A stretch of 64,000 bases of DNA, taken from NCBI GenBank assembly GCA_035284745.1, contig JAYKIL010000021.1, forward strand, positions 9,197 through 73,196, in the 5' to 3' direction. Shown here piece after piece: positions 59,607-64,000 of this stretch. Numbering within the stretch: position 1 is the stretch's first letter; every line of letters starts with the position of its first letter. Both the position numbers and the translations under genes were made by a program. The stretch comes from Candidatus Sericytochromatia bacterium. GTDB taxonomy: Bacteria; Cyanobacteriota; Sericytochromatia; S15B-MN24; JAQBPE01. The notes beneath the pieces were generated by a model. The model was not told where the DNA came from, ran no database searches, and saw only the letters and a program-made list of their open reading frames with translations.

Positions 59607-59762
59607 ATGGAACCACGCGCGGTAGAATCCCACCCTCCGTCAAAAAAGCCCTATCAGAAACCGAAAATTGAGTCTCACAGGGTCTTTGAAGTGTCGCTCG
59701 CGTGCATCAAAGTGCCCGGCTCGCCGGCTTGCGCATTTAACGTGGCGCGAGCGCGCAGTTGA
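59607..59762 (+). CDS. Candidate 51-aa precursor-like small ORF (MEPRAVESHPPSKKPYQKPKIESHRVFEVSLACIKVPGSPACAFNVARARS)
   Basis: ATG at 59607. Its stop TGA (59760-59762) overlaps the TTG start (59759) of the HprK-like gene. Y-x-x-P-x-I leader-like motif, C-terminal Ser, no acidic residue in the last 23 aa. Confidence 0.3.
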   Translation: MEPRAVESHPPSKKPYQKPKIESHRVFEVSLACIKVPGSPACAFNVARARS

Positions 59763-60604
59763 GTGCCGTGCCCTGGCAGCCAGTGCTCGGCTTGGCCGGC
59801 TTCAACGTCGCCTTAGATCTGCCCTCCCATTGCTGGTGGGAGTCCCTCGTTGACAGACTGGGGCATTTTGCCGTCAACGAAACTCCAGATGCCTTCCTGT
59901 GTGTTCAGATCACGGCGCCAATGCCGGAAACAGACGATCGCGAGCCCCGTGTTTTTCAAGACGCCCGCGGATTGCACCTCAAACACGACCAATACTTTGG
60001 CACCGTTTGCCATCCGGACGAAGCCGTTCTTCAGGTGGCTACAGCCCCCAATACGCTGCCTGATGCGACCTTCCCGATGGCGGTGGATGGCCTCCTGCGC
60101 CTCTTGCTCGCCCAATTGCTGCAACGAACAGGAAGTCTGATGCTGCACGCGGCGGGATTGATCGGGCCACAGCGAAAGGGCTACATTTTTTTTGGGCCAT
60201 CGGGGAGCGGAAAAACAACGATGTGCAAACTTTCAGATCCACAGTTTCCGGTCTTGTGCGACGAGCTCATTGCGATTCGTTTGGATCGAGAAGTACCCAC
60301 TCTGTACAGCACGCCATTCGCTGGCGCGTGGGGAAAAAGTTTTCCGGGGCATTGCGCCCTTGCGGGCTTGTATCGACTGCGCCATGCGCCCCAAACCCAG
60401 GTTGAGGACCTTTCCCCCAGTCGCGCCATCCGTGAAATTTTAGAATCTATGGTTTATTACGATCAGAGCCCAACAGGTTTGTCGCAATCCCTCGAGATTG
60501 CAGCACACTTGGCACAGGCAGTTCCTGTTCGAGAGCTCGCATTCCTTCCGGAGGCCGCCGTATGGCAGACCATCGCTCATCAGAACCAACCCGCCATTGG
60601 GTGA
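59759..60604 (+). CDS. HPr kinase C-terminal-domain-like P-loop serine kinase (RiPP/lasso-associated kinase family)
   Basis: GYIFFGPSGSGKTTMCKL P-loop followed by VLCDELIAI (compare HprK LVADD). ~281 aa, no HprK N-domain. Confidence 0.7.
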   Translation: MSAVPWQPVLGLAGFNVALDLPSHCWWESLVDRLGHFAVNETPDAFLCVQITAPMPETDDREPRVFQDARGLHLKHDQYFGTVCHPDEAVLQVATAPNTLPDATFPMAVDGLLRLLLAQLLQRTGSLMLHAAGLIGPQRKGYIFFGPSGSGKTTMCKLSDPQFPVLCDELIAIRLDREVPTLYSTPFAGAWGKSFPGHCALAGLYRLRHAPQTQVEDLSPSRAIREILESMVYYDQSPTGLSQSLEIAAHLAQAVPVRELAFLPEAAVWQTIAHQNQPAIG

Positions 60605-60885
60605 GACTTAACCCGCGAATTGCTGCTCGGACCATCCACGGTGAAACGCTCATCTTGACGCCCCATGACAGCATTCTCCATACGCTCAACGAGGTCGGAA
60701 CAAGAGTTTGGAGCTTATTGGCTCAGGCAGAATCGCCTGAAGCCATCGCGTTCACCCTGAGTCAAGAGTATGAAGTGGAGGTGGAGGAAGCCCGTGAAGA
60801 CGTCTTCTGTTTACTTCGCACCCTCAAAGAAAAGGGCATCATTGAAACTTCGACATCAGAATTGGGAACGCAACAACCCGATTAA
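60601..60885 (+). CDS. PqqD-family protein (RiPP recognition element, RRE)
   Basis: VRLNPRIAARTIHGETLILTPHDSILHTLNEVGTRVWSLL...EAIAFTLSQEYEVEVEEAREDVFCLLRTLKEKGII fits PqqD. GTG 60601 overlaps the kinase stop (GTGA); the track start 60562 is also possible. Confidence 0.7.
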   Translation: MRLNPRIAARTIHGETLILTPHDSILHTLNEVGTRVWSLLAQAESPEAIAFTLSQEYEVEVEEAREDVFCLLRTLKEKGIIETSTSELGTQQPD

Positions 60886-61509
60886 TTTGCCTTGAATCGT
60901 CAACCGATCAACCAGCAAAGGGGCCATGGAGCGGTTGGCAGGCTGAAGGCGAAACCGCCCCCCGCGTTCACGATAAAAGCGCTTTAACGTCGCCTCGCCG
61001 CTGTCGAGCAATGCCACCACGATATCTCCGTTGCGCGCCGTCTCGGAGCGCTTAATGATGACATAGTCGCCGTCTTGAATATGGTCTTCGATCATCGAAT
61101 CGCCCTTGACCTGCAAGACGTACACATCGGTGCCAGCAAACTGGGTTTCGAGATCAAGAAACTCGTCCGACTGAGCAATCGCCTCGATCGGACGGCCCGC
61201 CGCAATTCGGCCAACAATCGGTAAGCCCCGAGACGACGTCTGAAAGGTGGCCTTGGGCGCCGCAGAACCGAGCAACCGGATGGCCCGATTCTTGCCATCC
61301 GCCCACTCGATCAAGCCCCGTTTGGCGAGTACCGTCAAGTGATAATGAACCGTAGACGTTGAACGCAAACCGAGGGCTTCGCATATTTCGCGGATAGACG
61401 GCGCATAGCCATTCGCGTGGACGTGGTCGACAATGAACCGATACACGTCATTTTGACGCGTCGCCCGCGTCGTGGCGGCGGAAACAGTGCTTTGCTCGTC
61501 AGGCTGCAT
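60856..61509 (-). CDS. lexA: LexA repressor (SOS regulon)
   Basis: wHTH N-domain (IREICEALGLRSTSTVHYHLTVLAKRGLIEW) and S24 peptidase (VKGDSMIED...LKRF). Start at the internal Met. The 3' end overlaps the convergent PqqD-like gene by ~30 nt. Confidence 0.85.
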   Translation of the reverse strand: MQPDEQSTVSAATTRATRQNDVYRFIVDHVHANGYAPSIREICEALGLRSTSTVHYHLTVLAKRGLIEWADGKNRAIRLLGSAAPKATFQTSSRGLPIVGRIAAGRPIEAIAQSDEFLDLETQFAGTDVYVLQVKGDSMIEDHIQDGDYVIIKRSETARNGDIVVALLDSGEATLKRFYRERGGRFRLQPANRSMAPLLVDRLTIQGKLIGLLRSQF

Positions 61510-61553
61510 CAGGCATCTCCCCAGGCAATTTCGAAAAACCCATGGGCAATTGT

Positions 61554-61567
61554 AGAACAGTTGTTCC
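61554..61567. promoter_or_regulatory. Cheo-type SOS box AGAACAGTTGTTCC (GAAC-N4-GTTC) upstream of lexA, in the divergent region shared with the lipoprotein gene at 61665
   Basis: Palindrome read directly in the sequence, ~45 nt upstream of the lexA start. Confidence 0.55.
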
Positions 61568-61664
61568 AAAAAAGACAAGTATGGAACCCCATGCGCAGCC
61601 CGCGTGCGACCACACAAACTGGGTAAATAAAAAGTAATTCCGATGAGAAAGGATTCACCCCTTA

Positions 61665-62237
61665 ATGCGCAAGGTTCTTGGCGTGGTGTTGATGGGATTG
61701 ATGCAGGCGGGTTGCGGCTGGTACACGAACATTCCGGCCTCTATTCTTGTGGTCTCGGTCAAACCAGGAAAAATCACCTACGAACCCCCCAATACGGCAG
61801 GGGTTCGCGAGATAAAGACGGAAAACCCCGTCGTCCGGCTTCAGGGCGAGCCAGGCAGCATTGGCGCGAATTTTTCAATTGCCACCGTGCAGTATACACG
61901 GAGCAACGGAACGGACATCGCTGCGGATAAACTTCCGCCCATGAGGATCGGTCTCAGTTTTAGGGTTGAATCATCGACCTATCCTGCACAACCCGGAACG
62001 GGCCCCATCGACCAGTCACAAGTGGGGCGCATTATTGACGCAGGCCGCACCGAGATAGAATTGCCCGTTCTCACTCGACTGGTTGAACAATACGGCCAAG
62101 ACAACAATCCGCCAGAGGGCAATGCACCCCTGATCACTGCCAATGTTATTTTTCAGGGGGCTGACGACGCCAACTTCCCGATCAGCCTGTCTGCCTTTGT
62201 TCCTATCTACTTTAGCGGCAATCCGGGATCACGATGA
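61665..62237 (+). CDS. Hypothetical lipoprotein
   Basis: Signal/lipobox LMGLMQAGCGW. Confidence 0.4.
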   Translation: MRKVLGVVLMGLMQAGCGWYTNIPASILVVSVKPGKITYEPPNTAGVREIKTENPVVRLQGEPGSIGANFSIATVQYTRSNGTDIAADKLPPMRIGLSFRVESSTYPAQPGTGPIDQSQVGRIIDAGRTEIELPVLTRLVEQYGQDNNPPEGNAPLITANVIFQGADDANFPISLSAFVPIYFSGNPGSR

Positions 62238-62243
62238 GAATCG

Positions 62244-62423
62244 CACTGCGGCGGATGATTCAGGAAGAGTCAGGCTCTGCCGCGGTAGAGTACGCCTTGC
62301 TGACCGGTGCTTTTGTCCTCTGTCTTTTTGGAGCCGCGGCCGCCCTAAAAAATGCGCAAGCAGCCGCTTTTCGCGCTCAACACGAAGGTCTCAAGCGCTG
62401 GCGAGCCCCTTGAATCGCGCTCC
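62244..62423 (+). CDS. Divergent Flp/Fap-family pilin (59 aa), absent from the ORF track
   Basis: MRIALRRMIQEESGSAAVEYALLTGAFVLCLFGAAAAL... carries the Flp motif G-x-x-x-VEYAL plus a hydrophobic helix. Confidence 0.55.
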
Positions 62424-62565
62424 CTTATCCTAAAATTAACTCAAAATTTACATCAGGACAAACTCAGCACCGCAAGGTTGCCCAAGGTCGACGCGATAAG
62501 GTTTTTAGGGAAGTTCTCAACGCGCTGAATCTCTCAGCCTGCGCCATTTAAAAAAGGAGCCGCCG

Positions 62566-62757
62566 ATGCTGATGCTTAAGAAACTGTGGAATGATGAAGA
62601 CGGTCAATCTCTGGTGGAATATGGCCTGATCTTGGGTTTGGTCTCCGTGGCCTTGATTGCCGTCCTTGGAACGATGCGCACCGAACTCGGAAAGATTTTT
62701 GATGCCGTCGCCAAGTCGCTGAAAACGGCTGCATCCTCCGTCAAGTCCGCCAAGTAA
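62566..62757 (+). CDS. flp: Flp family type IVb pilin
   Basis: MLMLKKLWNDEDGQSLVEYGLILGLVSVALIAVLGTM... canonical Flp prepilin. Strong RBS AAAAGGAG. Confidence 0.75.
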   Translation: MLMLKKLWNDEDGQSLVEYGLILGLVSVALIAVLGTMRTELGKIFDAVAKSLKTAASSVKSAK

Positions 62758-62781
62758 CAAGACGACACAGGAGGCTCTCCG

Positions 62782-62964
62782 ATGTGGCACCGATTGTGGC
62801 ACGATGAAGACGGTCAAAGTCTGGTCGAATACGGCCTCATTTTGGGCTTGGTCTCAGTTGCGCTCATTGCGGTGCTGGGAACGATGAGAGCAAACCTGGT
62901 GAACATTTTCATGGAGGTATCTTCCCAGTTGCGCAAGGGTTCAGCCGCGGTCAAAACAAATTAG
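62782..62964 (+). CDS. flp: Flp family type IVb pilin (paralog)
   Basis: MWHRLWHDEDGQSLVEYGLILGLVSVALIAVLGTM... The first 40 aa are nearly identical to the previous pilin. Confidence 0.75.
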   Translation: MWHRLWHDEDGQSLVEYGLILGLVSVALIAVLGTMRANLVNIFMEVSSQLRKGSAAVKTN

Positions 62965-63102
62965 CGAATCACTTGTGGAAAAGGACCAGCCGGCGGCTGG
63001 TCCTTTCTTGTCTGTATGTCCCACGGTTTGGGTGTACGCACGGGCGGGAAGATAATGGTCAGCGCCTTTTCATTTCTCTCCCCTCATCCCCCGAAAGAGA
63101 CA

Positions 63103-63645
63103 ATGGCACCTGCCTGGCAGTTCGGACTGGTCGGAATCCTTATCGTTGCTTTGGTGACCGACCTTCAGAGCCGTAAAATCTACAACTGGCTTACCTTTCC
63201 AGCCATCCTTCTCGGGCTGGCTTTGGGGGCATTGACAGGAGGAGTGGCGGGCCTCCAGGCAGCCGGCATTGGCCTTTTGGTTGGCAGCGCGGTCTTTCTC
63301 CTCGGATTCATGCTCGGAGCCATGGGCGCGGGCGATGTAAAACTGATGGCGGCGGTCGGTGCGTGGCTGGGATGGCCCCACGCCTTGGCCGCTGTCCTCT
63401 ATGTCACGGTCATTGGGGGTTTCGTTTCCCTGGGGGCCGCCGCTGTGAATGGCTCCTTGATACAGCTATTTCGTAACATTTACTGGTTCCTCGTCGGACT
63501 CATCCTGCCGGGCGGCAAAGCCCAGGCGGCCATAGCCCGCAGTGCGGCGCCCCCGATTCCATACGGCATCTCGATTGCACTCGGCGGCATCCTGGCGTTG
63601 TTTTTTCCAGAACCCCAAACCCTGCTCGCCTTGATGAGGAGGTGA
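63103..63645 (+). CDS. cpaA: Prepilin peptidase, A24 family (CpaA/TadV)
   Basis: Polytopic; catalytic Asp regions VTDLQSRKIYNW and GAGDVKLMAAVGAWLG. Confidence 0.75.
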   Translation: MAPAWQFGLVGILIVALVTDLQSRKIYNWLTFPAILLGLALGALTGGVAGLQAAGIGLLVGSAVFLLGFMLGAMGAGDVKLMAAVGAWLGWPHALAAVLYVTVIGGFVSLGAAAVNGSLIQLFRNIYWFLVGLILPGGKAQAAIARSAAPPIPYGISIALGGILALFFPEPQTLLALMRR

Positions 63646-63648
63646 GCC

Positions 63649-64000
63649 GTGCTCCACAGGAATTCCATCATCAAAACCGATGAAGGACAGGCGCTGGCCG
63701 AGTTCGCCTTGGTGCTTCCCATTTTGGCGTTACTCACCTTTGGCACCCTCGAAGTGGCCATTTGGTTGCAGCAGCAAAGCAGTATTAACGCCGCCGCTTT
63801 TATGGCATCGCGCTCTTCCATTGTGCTTGCGGGCGACCTCAATCAAACCCGTGCGGCCTTGCGCGATTACGTGGAGGCGTGCCCCCCCTGGCTGGCCCGA
63901 GCCGTTGCGGGGATGAAAAAATCAGGCAACAATCCGCGCATCCAACTCGAAGCCCGCGCCGATCGCTTCACCGGCCTGATCAGTGCCCTGACCGGAGGCA
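63649..64000 (+). CDS. TadE/TadG-like pilus assembly protein, 5' partial (runs off the window end)
   Basis: GTG start 3 nt after the cpaA stop. DEGQALAEFALVLPILALLTFGTLEVAIW is the TadE N-terminal motif. Confidence 0.55.
   Translation, partial: MLHRNSIIKTDEGQALAEFALVLPILALLTFGTLEVAIWLQQQSSINAAAFMASRSSIVLAGDLNQTRAALRDYVEACPPWLARAVAGMKKSGNNPRIQLEARADRFTGLISALTGG

Noticed and set aside
59607-60885. Lasso-peptide cluster interpretation of the small ORF/kinase/PqqD locus
   Set aside because: No lasso cyclase (asparagine-synthetase-like C) or leader protease (transglutaminase-like B) is present nearby. The putative core region of the small ORF has no Asp/Glu for isopeptide formation. Kept instead as a kinase-only RiPP-like hypothesis.

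Overview
High-GC bacterial chromosomal window with dense coding and no rRNA, tRNA, CRISPR array or transposase recognised. Most of it is housekeeping and cell-envelope genes. Confident calls on the minus strand include folD, HU (hup), an M23/LysM peptidase, a transaldolase/Fsa-family gene, a pyrG-cdd-era-TPR operon, and a long phoH–7TM-HD (PgpH-like)–ybeY–dgkA–uvrA–nanE–ROK kinase run. Also confident are rpsU (TTG start, missed by the ORF track), metK, dnaB, rplI, lexA with a Cheo-type GAAC-N4-GTTC box, nfi, pepP, an S8 subtilase lipoprotein, an MMPL/RND transporter, an AI-2E transporter, a CNNM/CorC-family gene, and a Tad/Flp pilus segment (three Flp pilins, prepilin peptidase CpaA, partial TadE) at the 3' end. 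The window is rich in predicted lipoproteins and secreted multi-repeat proteins. Two loci deserve follow-up as possibly undescribed systems. (1) 59607..60885: a 51-aa small ORF directly followed by, and translationally coupled to, an HPr-kinase-C-like P-loop kinase and a PqqD/RRE-like protein. There are no lasso B/C enzymes, and a FliD-like protein lies just upstream. This looks like a minimal kinase-modified RiPP-like module. (2) 30008..35086 (minus): a four-gene, translationally coupled module of a classic AAA ATPase, an SNF2/RapA-family helicase, a protein with a C-terminal cluster of about 19 Cys, and a YbjN-like protein. Its function is unknown; it could be a defence or nucleic-acid remodelling system. 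Also notable is a 1662-aa pseudokinase–NTPase/TPR–GAF–histidine kinase hybrid sensor. All calls come from reading motifs in the supplied translations; no database searches were possible.
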